The position numbers and the translations under genes are program-made. Positions 26,740 through 39,600 of a DNA stretch of 64,000 nt are shown in pieces. The stretch covers positions 61,413 to 125,412 of IMG/VR virus record IMGVR_UViG_3300028888_000069; one strand, 5' to 3'. This DNA comes from a virus. Lineage: Duplodnaviria; Caudoviricetes. Each line of letters begins with the position of its first letter. The first letter of the stretch is position 1. The notes under the pieces are model-generated. The model was not told where the DNA came from and did not search any database. It worked only from the letters and a program-made list of their open reading frames with translations.

Positions 26740-26754
26740 ATAATATAGTAATTA

Positions 26755-26792
26755 ATACAATAAAAGGAGCACACTAAAATAATGTACTCCTT
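26755..26792 (-). terminator. Hairpin with U-rich tail in the leader of the cargo/RNAP genes (possible attenuator)
   Basis: Minus-strand AAGGAGUACA-(9 nt)-UGUGCUCCUU (26792-26764; 10 bp, one G-U) followed by UUAUUGUAUU, about 25 nt before ATG 26739. Confidence 0.5.
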
Positions 26793-26834
26793 CTTTATAT
26801 AGTTCTTATACATTAAACCTACAGTAAGGAGCTT

Positions 26835-26844
26835 TGCAAATTTA
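26835..26844 (-). promoter_or_regulatory. Bacteroidota sigma-A -7 element (TAnnTTTG)
   Basis: Minus strand TAAATTTGCA between the terminator at 26871-26892 and the gene starting at 26739. An identical 10-mer lies at 27317-27326. Confidence 0.5.
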
Positions 26845-26866
26845 ATATATAATATAATTATTATCT

Positions 26867-26892
26867 AAAAAGAGCCTTTTTAAAAAGGCTCT
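26867..26892 (-). terminator. Intrinsic terminator after the 97-aa gene
   Basis: Perfect 22-bp palindrome AGAGCCTTTTT|AAAAAGGCTCT (26871-26892) followed by TTTT on the minus strand, 13 nt downstream of the stop at 26906. Confidence 0.75.
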
Positions 26893-26905
26893 AAAAGAGT
26901 AAAAA

Positions 26906-27199
26906 TTAATATTTTACCCTTCTTACAAGGCGACCACCTCTTCTATAAACAGGTTCGCCTTCAGGTGCTTCCTCTGGTGCTCCCTCTGGTGCTGGTCCAC
27001 CTGGACCTCCTTGAGCTAATTGCACAAGTGCTTGACATACAGCCATAGCTGTTTGGCAGTCTTGTGATTGAACTGCTTGAGCAGCTGCCTGGATTAATTG
27101 CATCATTGGGTCTTGTCCACCGCCCTGTTCTGGCATTGGGCCACCTTCTTGAAATCTATAAACTCCACTAGGAGTATAATTTCTAATGTTAATATTCAT
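26906..27199 (-). CDS. Small Gln/Pro/Gly-rich crAss virion protein (97 aa) bracketed by FQEGG and YRRGG motifs
   Basis: Intact track ORF with its own candidate promoter and terminator. It has 12 Gln codons, none TAG. Confidence 0.8.
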   Translation of the reverse strand: MNINIRNYTPSGVYRFQEGGPMPEQGGGQDPMMQLIQAAAQAVQSQDCQTAMAVCQALVQLAQGGPGGPAPEGAPEEAPEGEPVYRRGGRLVRRVKY

Positions 27200-27316
27200 A
27201 AGTATTAATACTTTAATTTATTATTTTAACGACTTTGTTTGTCAGCATCTAATATAATTATATTAAAAACCATAAACCACGTTCATAAATATAATATATT
27301 CTTATATTGTAAAAAA

Positions 27317-27326
27317 TGCAAATTTA
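27317..27326 (-). promoter_or_regulatory. Bacteroidota sigma-A -7 element (TAnnTTTG) upstream of the 97-aa gene
   Basis: Minus strand TAAATTTGCA in an AT-rich intergenic gap; identical to 26835-26844. Confidence 0.45.
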
Positions 27327-27335
27327 TAAAAATTT

Positions 27336-27923
27336 TTAAACGGGGGCATTTACATATTCAGGTTCTCTTTCGTCTTGTTTTTTTAACACTTTGAATATGT
27401 ATTTTCCCAATGCTTTATAATCTTTATCTTCTTGAGATAAGTTTGCTTTTATAGCCTTCTTCAAAAGTATTTTAGTTTCTCTTCTTGAAACTATTCTTTC
27501 TCCACCTTTTAACTCCATTTGAGTACTTCCATCAGGAGCCAATACTTTCATTGTTATTTTATCAGTAGTATCTCCTTCATCTATATCAACTTCATCACCT
27601 ACCTAAACTCCAGAATTTTGATTTAACTCTAAAACGTAAGCTACATCTTTTTCTGTAATAGGGGTCTCATCCATCGGTTTTCCTTTTGCTATAGATATCA
27701 CTTCTAAATCATCATTTATAAAGATAATATCTAAAGGTATTTTAGTATTATGCATCCAGAAAGAGACGTCTTCAGGAGGATCATATGGAAATAACATTCC
27801 TTCATCGTCAGGTAATTCGTCAACAGTAGACAATCCTCTTTCCTTTTGCTCTTCTGTTTTTGCTATAAATACCTTATACTTTTTATTACGAACTATTACA
27901 ATTCCTATATTTGATTTTTTCAT
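27336..27923 (-). CDS. DUF192-family domain fused to a crAss C-terminal domain, 195 aa (TAG=Gln)
   Basis: ERGLS...DEGMLF...FWMHNTKIPLDIIFI...YVLELN..GV-Q(TAG)-VGDEV matches the DUF192 signature, and the domain only completes through the TAG at 27603. In frame with 27336..27551. ATG 27923 overlaps the upstream TAA. Confidence 0.8.
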
Positions 27924-28900
27924 TATCCCCAAGGTTTTAATGGATTTCTATTATCTCTTTCTCTTTGTTGTTCTAAAACAGGTAACATTATCCTATTCAC
28001 CCAATTACGAGGGCTTGTTGGAACATAAGGAACTTTTGGCTTTTCTCTTCTTTGTTGTTCTTCCATTTGTCTTATTCTCCTATCCCTACCTACATTATAT
28101 ATCCTTCTATCCTATTCTCTTCTTCTTCTTTGTATTTCCCTAGTATAAGGCCTGTCTTTTAATCTTTCATTTCTTACTGCTGTCGTAGACAGTAAATTAC
28201 CTGCTCTATGCTAAGTGGATTCTCTTGCAACATTTGACATATCTTCCATAAATTTTAATGAATCTAATGAATTGCCAAATCTTCTTGCATATTCTCTTCC
28301 TACATCATCAAATCCTTTTACTACAAGTTTCTTGGTTTCAGGATCCTCAAAGCCATGAGCCGTATGCTCAAATGCTCCAGGCATGTCATATAAATCTCCC
28401 TATGAAAAAGGATGCTTTGCTAAGTCTTCAGCGGCATCTCTATAAGAACTATAACCATAATAATTTGGAACAATATGCCCAAAGAATTCATTATTAAATT
28501 CACTTAATCTCATGGCTTTTTTATTTATGTCTGTTGTATTTCTAGGAAAACCGTATTCTGTATAGTCTCTATCAGAACCTAAAAATATTATTCCAGGAAG
28601 AGTATGAGGCCTTTGTCGTCCATCATCATAAGTATGCCCCAATGGATATAATTCTCTTCTTCCTCCAGATACAACAATTCTAGGTTTTATGGTATCCATC
28701 AAGTTTAATACCCTTTGTGTATTATATTTATTTTCAACCATATCTTTATATATGGCATTTCCTAGATTTCTATCTTCAAAATAATTTGAAAATTTAGACT
28801 AATTGGGGTCTTCTACTATATATTCTTCTATTATTTCCTCATCAGGTCTTTTTCTAGTATTATAGTCCCAATATAAATGTGATAAACTAATTGGAATCAT
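27923..28900 (-). CDS. Hypothetical protein, 325 aa (TAG=Gln); possible degenerate zincin-like domain plus Arg-rich C-terminal tail
   Basis: Frame of the 28400..28741 fragment, extended by hand. ATGA overlap at 28897-28900 and TAATG overlap at 27921-27925. NEFFGH...YDMPGAFEHTAH motif; tail QRRRREQDRRIYNVGRDRRIRQ. Confidence 0.65.
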
Positions 28901-31575
28901 TTTTCCTACATTAATTTAATTAGCCCTGTTCTATCTTCCGTATTATTCATTATCTCTTTTGTAAGCATTCTTCCACATTGTATAGCTATTTCATCCTTTT
29001 TAGAATTAGAAGCATCTTCAAATTCCTTTTTTAATTTTTCTATTTTGTCTGTTACTTCTTTTCTAAAAATTATTTCATTACATTCTATTTCTGCCTATTG
29101 TTTTCCTTCTGTATCAACAACAGGTATTCCTTTCTATGTTAATTCTTTTGAATTTTCCATATGATGTTTCCTGGCATGTAAAGCCCCTTCAGGAATAACA
29201 TTTAAAGAACCTCCCTTTTTAAAGCTCTATGATCCTGTCATAAAATCATAATCACTTGAATTTATAGCTCCACCTTCTTTAAAAGAGGTCTATCTTCCAT
29301 TTTGGTTTACTACTCCTACTCCATCGCCATTTAAAAATATATCTCTTCCTTTTCTGTCTTTTCCTATAGGTTTTCTTCCTTGTTTTTGGTCCTCATCTAT
29401 GGAATCTACTTCTATATATTCTCCTTCTATAAAATCTTTTCCTTTTAAAGGGATTTTAATTTTCTTTAAAGAGCCTCCTTTTTTATACCTTTTAGGAGAT
29501 TTCAAATCTCTATAATACTCATCAACTGGGACATTAAATATAAAGGACAGAACTTCAGGAGAATACATATGGAGTAAATCTCTCATATTATCTCCATATT
29601 TATTTTCATCTGTATCTTTTAAATTAATGAAAAATTCAGGAGAATATTGTTGTCCTTTAGACATATATTTAGCGGCAGCTATTCTTGCAACTAATTCTTC
29701 TGGCTAATAATATCTATCTGGATTTTGTTTTATAAAAGATATGTCTGCTCCTAATTTTTTAAGCCTTTCATCACTTAAATTCTCCCAATAGTCTTTTAAT
29801 TGTTCCATTACTTTTTTAGAAGGAAAAGCATGGAATCTTTCATGTACTAAAAATTCATTAGGTGTTCCTTTATATGTTCCTGGTAAATAAATTATTCCGT
29901 CATCATAATAAGGATAAGGGTCTTTAGTATATACTATTTTTGCATTTTGTGGAGAATTTATTACTATTCCTCCTTCTTGATGTTTAATAATCCCTCCGTT
30001 TTTATATTCATTGTAATGTCTGATAAATACAGGATTTTCTTCTTCAACCGCATTATATTGAGGTTCGTTAATAGTGTAACCTTCTACTGCCCTTTCTATC
30101 TTATCACTCCAAGGTTTATAAGTTTTATATTTTTCTGTAAATAATTTAGCTTCTTCTGGAGACATTATTAAAATATCTCCCATTTGTTCTGCTCTATCAG
30201 CGGCTTTTCTCCAATCATCAATATAAAACAAATTTCCATTTTCGTCTTCTTGAACTTGTGGGAATACAACAGCCCCTCTATCATCAGTGAAATAGCCTAA
30301 TATATGAGAAGAAACTCCTTTACCATCAGGACTTTGTATAACTCTTATTTCAGGTTCATTAAGTCTTTGAATAAATCTAGGATTCTATTCCATAGCATAA
30401 TCAATTAGTTCACTTAATGGCCTAACTCTTGGTTTAGAAGATGCAGTCCTTACTCTGTTTCTTAAATTTTGAATATAATTTATAGGTTCAATTTTAATAC
30501 CCTATTGTCCTCTTTGAATTTGATTTAATCCACCTTGTATATCCTAAGCATATCTTCCAGTATTTACAGAAGCCATTTGTGATCCTTTTATTTCTCCTAG
30601 TTCAGCTAAATCTCCCATATCAATTAATTTTTCCCAAGCTTCATTAGCAAATGCTAATCTATTTCTTGCTTTTTTATAAGCCCCACGAGAAAATGTTCCA
30701 TAGGTTTTTCCCGCTTCATTTATAGCTTTATCTAATTTAGATTCTAGGTTTCCATAACTACCTAATAATCCTGCTGTTTTTTCTTTATTTTGCCAACTAT
30801 AATTATCGAATGTTCCAGTCTTTTTTGCTCCTGCCATATTAAGCCATTTAACAGGGGCAGGAGCCCAGGCTGAACCTAAGATAGCATCTTGGACTGTCAT
30901 GCCATCAGTTGATCCAAATAAATTTGATAGTCCTTTATTTAAAGCCATGCCTCCTGATATTACTGAACCAACTGGGCCGATAGCATTAACTCCAGCCTGA
31001 ACAGCATCATAAGCTAAGTCCATATTTTTAGTAATGCTACCATATTTCCCTTGGTATTCTTTAGAAGGGCCATTCATTGCTTGCAAACCTGCACCTACTG
31101 CTCCCATTCCAAAAGAAGATATTCCAGCAGCACTACCAAAAATATTACCTACTCCAGCCATTCCATTGTTTACAAAAGCCGAACCTACTTGACCTAAACC
31201 GCTAGAAACTGCTCCTCCAGCAAATTTAGAAAACTTAGAATGGTTTCCCCAAGATTCTATTCCTTGACCTAATAATCCTGCACCTATTCCAACTGCACTA
31301 GTAGCACCAGATTTTAAACCATTAGTAAGTGAATTTTGTAAACTCTGTTGTAAACCTCCTTGAAGAAGTCCTCCAGCAATTCCTGATATTATATTTCCTC
31401 CTGTAGAATTACCAAAAATATAGGGAGCTAAAGCATTTGCTGTGGACATCCAACTTGCATAATTATTAGTATTCATATTAGAAACGGCAGCAGCAACATT
31501 AGTTCCACTATTAGCTTGTGGCTAAGCTCCTCCTATAGGACCAGAAGGATTCTCATATTTTAGTACTTTTCTCAT
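28897..31575 (-). CDS. Multidomain cargo protein, 892 aa (TAG=Gln): Gly-rich membrane-like N-terminus, zincin metallopeptidase (HERFH), conserved C-terminal domain
   Basis: Fragments 29290, 29704 and 30544 are in frame with ATG 31575. HExxH (HERFH) at 29830-29844 with downstream PEELVAR. C-terminal GALHARKH...GIPVV...AEIECNEIIF. TGA at 28897 forms an ATGA overlap only if the TAG at 28906 is read through. Confidence 0.8.
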
Positions 31576-34500
31576 GAATTACTTACTGTATAAAATGTTA
31601 ATACACTGTGGATTAATGCCAAATCGTTTCCACTATATCTTACTTTTATTTTTATCCATTTATCTCTTATTTTTGTTTCTTTTCTAGCCGTCCAGTTTCC
31701 TGTTCCTAAATGAATTACATCTTCTAATTTCCTTTCTTCTTCATCAAATCCCTATAATACTGTATTAGGTAAATATTCCTTATCAGTATAATCTATTTGT
31801 TCTTTATAACTTTCAGGTAAATCTTTCTTACTTATAGTACTTACATCAATATCTTCAGGAATATATTGTAAAACCAAAGGAGGTTTATCATTCTCTGTCC
31901 AGGTTTCGTTCTTCTACATATAGGTTATAGAAGGTATCTATACTCTCCAAGTTCCTTCTTTATAATGAGAATTTCCTCTTATTCTTCCCTCTTTATTTAT
32001 AGGAGAGTTTTTAATATGAGTAACAAGATTAAATTGATTCTCATCTTGAGACCAAACTATTTCAGTTCCAGATAGATTTTGGTAATCTACACCATTAGAG
32101 AACATTAATTGATATGTATGGTATATATCATCAAATTTGTCTATTCTATTATAATATAAAGGGAATATAGTAGATTTCTAATAATACTATCCATTTTTCA
32201 TTTTTTGTGCTTCCCTCTAATTAAATATAGAACCGTTATATGCAACAATATCAGTGTACTTATTATTATAAAGAATATCTGAACCTAAATTCTAAAATAA
32301 TTCTTTTGTTGCTTCTTGTCTGAAATATTCTAAAGGTTTTCCAGAAGAGAAATCATAATTATCTCCATTTATTTCAAAATGGAAAGATTCAGGCTCAGTT
32401 TTGTTGCTTATAATTCGGAAATCTTCCCATATCTTTTGTAAAGAAAGTTGGTCATTTACAACAAATTCAAATTCAAATGGATGAACTTTTCCGTACCATT
32501 TGGTAGGATATATAGTTTCCTGAATATCAATAATTCCTGCTTTTCCATGTTTCCAGAAATCTGTATTTAAAGAAGCACATTCTATTATTTTATTTCCATC
32601 TTTATCTAATATATAATTTCCTTGTCCATCTTTTTCATATTCTGGATATGGATTATTAAATACTTCTTCAGAAGTTACAGCTATTGTTTCTGATTTATTT
32701 GTTATAGTAACTGTTTTAGTCTAACCTTTATAATCACTATAGGTTATTTCTCCATTTACAGAAATTTTTAATGTCTATATAGGCTTCTTTTTAAAATCCG
32801 CTTCTTCTCCAGTGTATATTAAATAATGTTCATCATCTTTTTCTATTATTACAAAATTCTTATCGTTTCTATGCAAATCTTTTTCAAAACTAAACTGGAA
32901 CTTCTATCCATATGTTTTATCCGTTTTAGAAAATCCTATATTTAAAGATTCAAAATCATCATATCTTAATTTAGTATAATATTTACTTCTCTTCTCTTCT
33001 CCTTCATACTAGTAAGTAATCTCTTCTGATTCTTTAATTATTGGAATATCTAATGTTATTCCACTACTTTCTGGATTCCAATAATTACTTTTCCAAAGTA
33101 ATGCCATATATTTAGAAGTATCTCTATCAAATGAAAAATACTAATTATCAATATTGGCAGAATAAGAAGGAACCCAAGAATAGAAAGATATGAATTGGTT
33201 TATATATTCATTAAAACATAAACTCCATACATTTTCTTCTTCTGGTTTTTCTTTTCTATCGTCATAGAATGTAAACATTACATCTTTTTTATTATTATTG
33301 TAATGTGTCTTTACATTTCTAAGACCTATAGTTGGCTAAGTTTCTCTTTCTGATAAAGTTATGTTATCAACTAAGAATTTATTAACTTTAAAGTCAGATA
33401 ATATTGTTATACCAGAGCCATTAACTGCCCATATTTTTTTGCTAACAGTATCAACACCATAAACAACACCTGTATCTGATTTTAATACACTTTCTGGCCA
33501 TTGAGAGCCGACTGAATCTGATATAATATTTAATTCGTCTGGAAGGACTTTATTAGAATTAATAAATATTTGTCCTCCTGCTCCTTCTCCAGCAAAAGCT
33601 CTTTCATTAATTGCAGCTATTCCTATTCCATGCTCAAAAACAACTAATAAATTTCCATTCATTTCTACAAGAGCTGTTATACCACCATATTCAGAAGAAT
33701 AATCTTGCGAGTAAGTGTTTAATGAATACCTATAATTATTTTTATAAGAATCTTGTATAGCTATTGCTGAGTATTGTATTCTATTTGAGAAAGTATCTTT
33801 TATATAATTAATATTATGTAACTCAAAATAGTTTTTGAATCCTAATGTATTTCTAAAACCATCATTATACAAATAAGAATCCTATAATTTATTTTCTCCT
33901 TTTGCTCCCAATTTAGTTCTTGGCCAAAAACTTCTAGGAGATCCCATTATAGCCTCTTCTGATACATAAGAATGGTCTACAGACCTTAAAGCATAATTGG
34001 TTGCTGATTTTACTCTTATAGTAATCCAACTTCCCATCTAAACAGCATTTAAATCACCGACAGCAATATTAGCCCATTTAGATTGGTTACTAACTGTATA
34101 ATTATCTCTCCAAGTTTTTTTATCTATTATAACATCATTACTTGGAAGAGAAGGGTCATTAAAATTCCTAAATACTCTATAAGTAAAAGTATTTAAATAA
34201 CAATCTCCTCTAAAACACTTTAATATTCTTTCATTATCTACTAAAGTAATACTTTCAAAATTATATCTATCAGAAATTGCAAAAAAGGAATCACTTGAGT
34301 TCATTCTGTCTAAATATTCCTATTGAGAGCCTCCTTCAATCCATGTTGCAGGATATATATTATAAGTAATTCCAGTTTCTAATTCTGAATCACTATTTAT
34401 AGCTAAATAAGGAGAATACTATCCCCTGACTAAATTAGAAGCCTTATCTACATTCTTAGAAGATTTTTTATCTCCCATTTTCATAACACCATTATCATAT

Positions 34501-36617
34501 TCTACATATTCAAATCTAAATGCTTCTTGTGTTTCCCCAATAGTAGATTTATATATATCTTCTCCGATAGCAGCTATAGGAATATCTTCTGTAACAGCAA
34601 CTATTTTTACTTCTTTTAAATTTCCGCTAACATCATTTGTATAATTTTCCCATCTATAATGTCTTCCTGATTTAGTTAAATCTTTTGATCCAAAAGCAGG
34701 CTATATTTTAAATGAAGATCCATTAAAAAACTAATTATAATAAGGCTAATTTAATAGAAAATCTGGACATATTCCAGCATAAGCCGTCTTACTTAAATTT
34801 TCGCCAGGTTTATCAAATTCATATAACCTATCATCATAATCCTAAACTAAATATCTATCATTATCACAAAAACGTTCCACAACATACTTATACCCTCCAT
34901 CTTTTGCATCTGTTTCATAAGAATCTCTATACTTAATAACAGGAGCTTTTAATACATTATCCATAGGTAATAAATACATCTGGGCTAAAATATTAGGAAC
35001 ACATTTCTATCTTACAAAGAATAGCCCTCTTATTCCTAATAATCTTAGATAGTCAGATACTTCTTTTGGTATATTAAAAGTTATGCTGAATACTTTTTCT
35101 TCTTCATCCTATTCCTTTGCATCTAAATAACAAACACCTCTTGCATTAGAAAATTTCCAATTTGTTATTTCTGGTGTCCATCCATCATCATCTACTCTGA
35201 TATAATTTCTAGAAGGAGGCGCACCTTCTACAGATTCTTTAAAAAATTCTGGATAATTTACATCAATTTCTGATTTATTTAATGTACCTCCTAATGTATT
35301 ATAAACATTTGATAAATTTCCATTATTGTATATAAATACTACTCCAAATCTATAGTATTCTTTATTAAAATACCCAACATTATTATAAATATTATAGGAA
35401 TTATAATATTCCCAAGAATCTTCTGTTCTAGAAATGTCTACATATTTATTACTAACATTACCTATAAGATTTGATTTTATATCGTAGGTTAATTTTGGGT
35501 AAATTCTTAAAGCTAAATCAGAAAGTTCTCTGTAGTTATCAGTATTTTTTACTATGTTCCCAAAAAATAATATATTTTTACACTATGCTTGTGCCAATAA
35601 ATGATTAGGATTAAATCTGGAGATATTTAGTAAATTTGGATCTAATTCCTCTGTTTCTTCATTTCCAGTAACTTGAATTACTAATCTATCAGAATTTACT
35701 GGAAATCTTTTATATAACTTTCTAAGAGAATAAACTCTATTTTGACCATAATCTGCAAAAATTCTTATATAATATACTTTTAAATAAGCATATCCTTTAT
35801 CAAGATTATTTAATCTCAATTTTATTCCTTTATCAGTCGCTTGATTTTTTATTCCTCCATCCATTGATAAAGGATCACAATCAGTTCCTATAAACACAGG
35901 AATAGGTCCAGATTCTGCAATAAAATCACTTTCATTATCATCGGCATCACAATATGTAAAATAAAATACATATTCTCCTACAGGTAAAGTTCCTTTTATA
36001 AATCCCAAATATGAAATAGCTGGATTTGTAGAAAACTGGTAATATAAAGAAGTATCTTTATCAAAATTATCTTCTTCATAAATATTAGTATCGTTTTCTC
36101 CAATTCTATCTACTATCTCATATGTATTAAATTCTCTTGTACTGAATCTAGAATTTATAAGTCTTGGTAAATTTTTATCGTCATTTAATATAAGATTTAC
36201 AGAACCATCATAAGAAGGCTGTACTTCTATATTAACAGGATGATTTAAATCAAAATTAAATTTAGGTGTATCTAAATCTATTAAAGAACCTGCATAATAT
36301 TTAATATGATCTCCATCGTATTCTTTAATTCCCTCTATAGGAGTTATTCCATCTTCTGCATAAAAATTATCGTTCTTCTTTATTATATAATTTCCCTTTT
36401 GGTCTTTATAATAGATTTCTTGTATAATGCCGTTTCCCCCTTCTATTATTTTTGCTTTATATAAAAGCTGTCCATTTAATGTATTTAAAACGGCATTATC
36501 TGGAATATTATTTTCATCTATGTTGTGGGATACTTGTAAATTATGAAATGGATTATATTCATAAGCCATATATCCCTTATTTCTTTGTGAATATAAATAA
36601 GTATTTATTTGTGCCAT
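31572..36617 (-). CDS. crAss large tail protein (stabilisation/muzzle-type), 1,681 aa (TAG=Gln)
   Basis: Fragments 33336, 34038 and 35583 are in frame. C-terminus IRDKWIKIKVRYSG is typical of crAss tail stabilisation proteins; also YGGITALV, GSQWPESV and YGVDT motifs. ATGA overlap with 31575. Confidence 0.8.
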
Positions 36618-36619
36618 AA

Positions 36620-39600
36620 TTATACGCTTTCCCAATTATTTGTGTCTTCAACATCTTTAAATACTGGATATTCCATTTTCATTTTAGGAAAAGCTTCAAT
36701 AGCTTTGGCTTTTAAATTTGCATATTCAGCTTCTTTGGATAGCCAAGCTATATACTAACAAGGATATTTTAAACTGCTTTTTTCTACTTTATTTGCTTCT
36801 ACTAAAATTTTATTACTTTCTGTATTTATATCAAAATATTCGCTAAGTTCAGCACTTTGTTCTAAGCCTCCAGTAGAATTTACTAAATAAATTGCTCCAT
36901 TCTTTAAAGGCCTTCCATAAACATCACTAGTTGCTCCAGTTGAAACATCCATAACAATATTTGTGGCATTTAATAAATTCTAAGACTCGCTTACTAATCC
37001 TGATACTTTATTAGAAGACCAGTATGATATAGGCTATTCTGACAATTTCTATTCAAATTTAGTAGGTAATTTAAAAATAGCTAATTCTTTCCTTATATAA
37101 GTCTGATTTTCTCCTAGTAAATTTTTAATACCATTTTCCAGTAAATTATTATAAGAACTTATTACATTGTTTGCATTTGAACCTTCGAAGATATACTCCA
37201 AATAAGCTCTTATTATAAGCTTTACTTCATAAGCAGAATCAATATAAGTATATCCTCCTTCTCCTCCTGTATCTCCTCCTGTTATATGCAACTCTACATT
37301 TTTTGGTTTTCCAAAAGTAAATACAAAATTATTCATATAATGTTTAAAGATATTATGGTTTTCGTCAGCATCAGCTTCTCCAATAGATTCTGATAATGGA
37401 GTATTATACATGAATAACTATCCATCACTTATCTTTTGTGAATCAGATTTATTATCCCATATATTTTTTAATGCTGTATTTTGGAATCCAACTTTTGTAT
37501 TTCTCCACATTTTTGGAAATAGAGCATATTCTCCTTCTTTATTGGTTTTCCACCAAATTCTGCAGAATTGAGAACTGTTTGATAATATAGCTAATTCATC
37601 GTTCCAATCTTTTACAGCCGTTCCTAAATAATCAGCATTTATCATCCCAACTAAAGAATAATATTGATTTTTACTTTCCCATATATTCTATATACTTTTT
37701 ATTCCAAATTCTTCCTAACTACCTAAATCTATAACCCTGTTTTTTCGAGAACTGTTTTTTGCATTGAAATAGTCATATTCATCCTATGGATCTATCCAAT
37801 CCTAGTTGTCTTTATATGAAGAACTATTAAAAGTCATTACAAAAGAATCTTCGTTTTCTCTAAACGGATCCCATTTTCCTTCATGGTCTTCTGGTCTTGG
37901 AATATTCCATTTTTCAGTCGCAAATGTTGTTCCTTGTCTAACTTTCCTATTTCCTTCTCCAGGTTCATAGTATCTGCCAACTTCTTTATTTGCTACAACA
38001 CCTATTCCTTTATGTTTTCCATATGACTTTAATAAATATCCATATAAACGATTGTCATACATACTAAATCCTTTTTCTAAGTAATCATATATAGATTCAA
38101 ATGCTGTTGCTACATATACATTCTCTGTAGATGGACTATAGACAATACATTTATCATATAAATCTATATTTCCGCTTATAGCTCCTGTGTCAGGATTAAA
38201 ATTTAAGTTTCCAAAACATAACTAAAATTCATCATCGGGTATGAATTTTGAATCCACATATTCCCCATAAGGTTCATTATTTTCATTAACGTCTCCCAAA
38301 TGAAAAGTTGTCCATGCTTCTCCTTCTTTGTTCTTTCCAACTTTTTTCTGCTCACCTTTCCATTCCATCTATATTTCTATATAACCTTTTGTTGCTATTA
38401 ATTCCTGGCTATTTTGGTCTTCCGTTTCCCCTGGAGTTGCAGGAAGAACTTCATCAGGAACATCTTCTGGGTTTAATTCTCTATCGTTTCCTTTAGTTCC
38501 TCCTGTTGATGTTCCCCCTCCTGTTCCACCTATACGTATAGCAGTTTCTTCATCAACTGTTCGGAAATATTGATTTTTAACAGTTCCAGAATTAGCTTGA
38601 AGTCTTCTTTTAGAACTAGAAACCTCTTTTTCTTTTTCAAAAGTAGGTTTAATAGTTGCCCCACTAGTTATATTTTCTATTTCTATTTCTTTTGGATAAT
38701 AACTTTTATCATCAACTTCTATATTATAATCAAGACGTAGATTAATATTATGCGATTTTACATAACCATATCTTAAAATATCTTCTGATATAGAAGATAT
38801 TCCTCCATATTGTTTTTCAGAACTTGTACCAAAATCTTTATATTTAGTATTTCCATTAAATAATATATTTAATTTTTCATAATATATTTTTGCTTCTCCA
38901 GTATAATAATTTTCTTCATAAGAAGTTTCTACACTATCGCTTTCTTCTGGGATAGACGCATATTTAATAGTTCCTTGTGTTTGTATTGCTGTTATTGTTT
39001 CTCCTGAGGTTATTTCTGGAACGTCGTCTTGATACCCTATTCCCTATATAATTCCATCCTAAATAGGAGGCCTTGCCTATAATCCAAAATTTTCAATATT
39101 TAAAATCTCTTCCGTTTGTTCAATATTTTCTTCAGGACATCTATAATAAGTCACTCCTAAATAATTTATAGTTTCCAAAGAAGAAGAACAGGAAGGTTGG
39201 ATTTTAGAATAAATTTTATCTCCTATTTTAACATAATTTATTTGTTCTTTTATATCAACCGCTACATATTTTATTATAGTATGGTCATTCATTTTTTCAA
39301 ATCTTACATAATCTTTTTCTTTTATAGAATATAATTGTCCTTGTAGTTCCGTTACATCATCATCTATAACAAGGTCTCCCTATTGATTTGTAGTTGTTTT
39401 ATAATATTTTTTATTTTCGTATGTAACAGTTACTGGCCAATCATTTATTTCTTCATTATTTCCATATCCTGGATAATTCTCATTTGTATAAGGGAGTAAA
39501 TAATAATTCTAAAAAGGCTCTAAATAAAGAGTCATATCTGTATCATCTACTTTTACATCAATAGAACTAAGGGGATCACGAGGCTTTAATTTAGTTCCTT

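Noticed and set aside
38410-38530. GC-richer Gly/Thr/Pro stretch in the large tail gene as a foreign insert
   Set aside because: It translates in frame as a low-complexity linker (GGTGGGTSTGG...PATPG); amino-acid content explains the composition.
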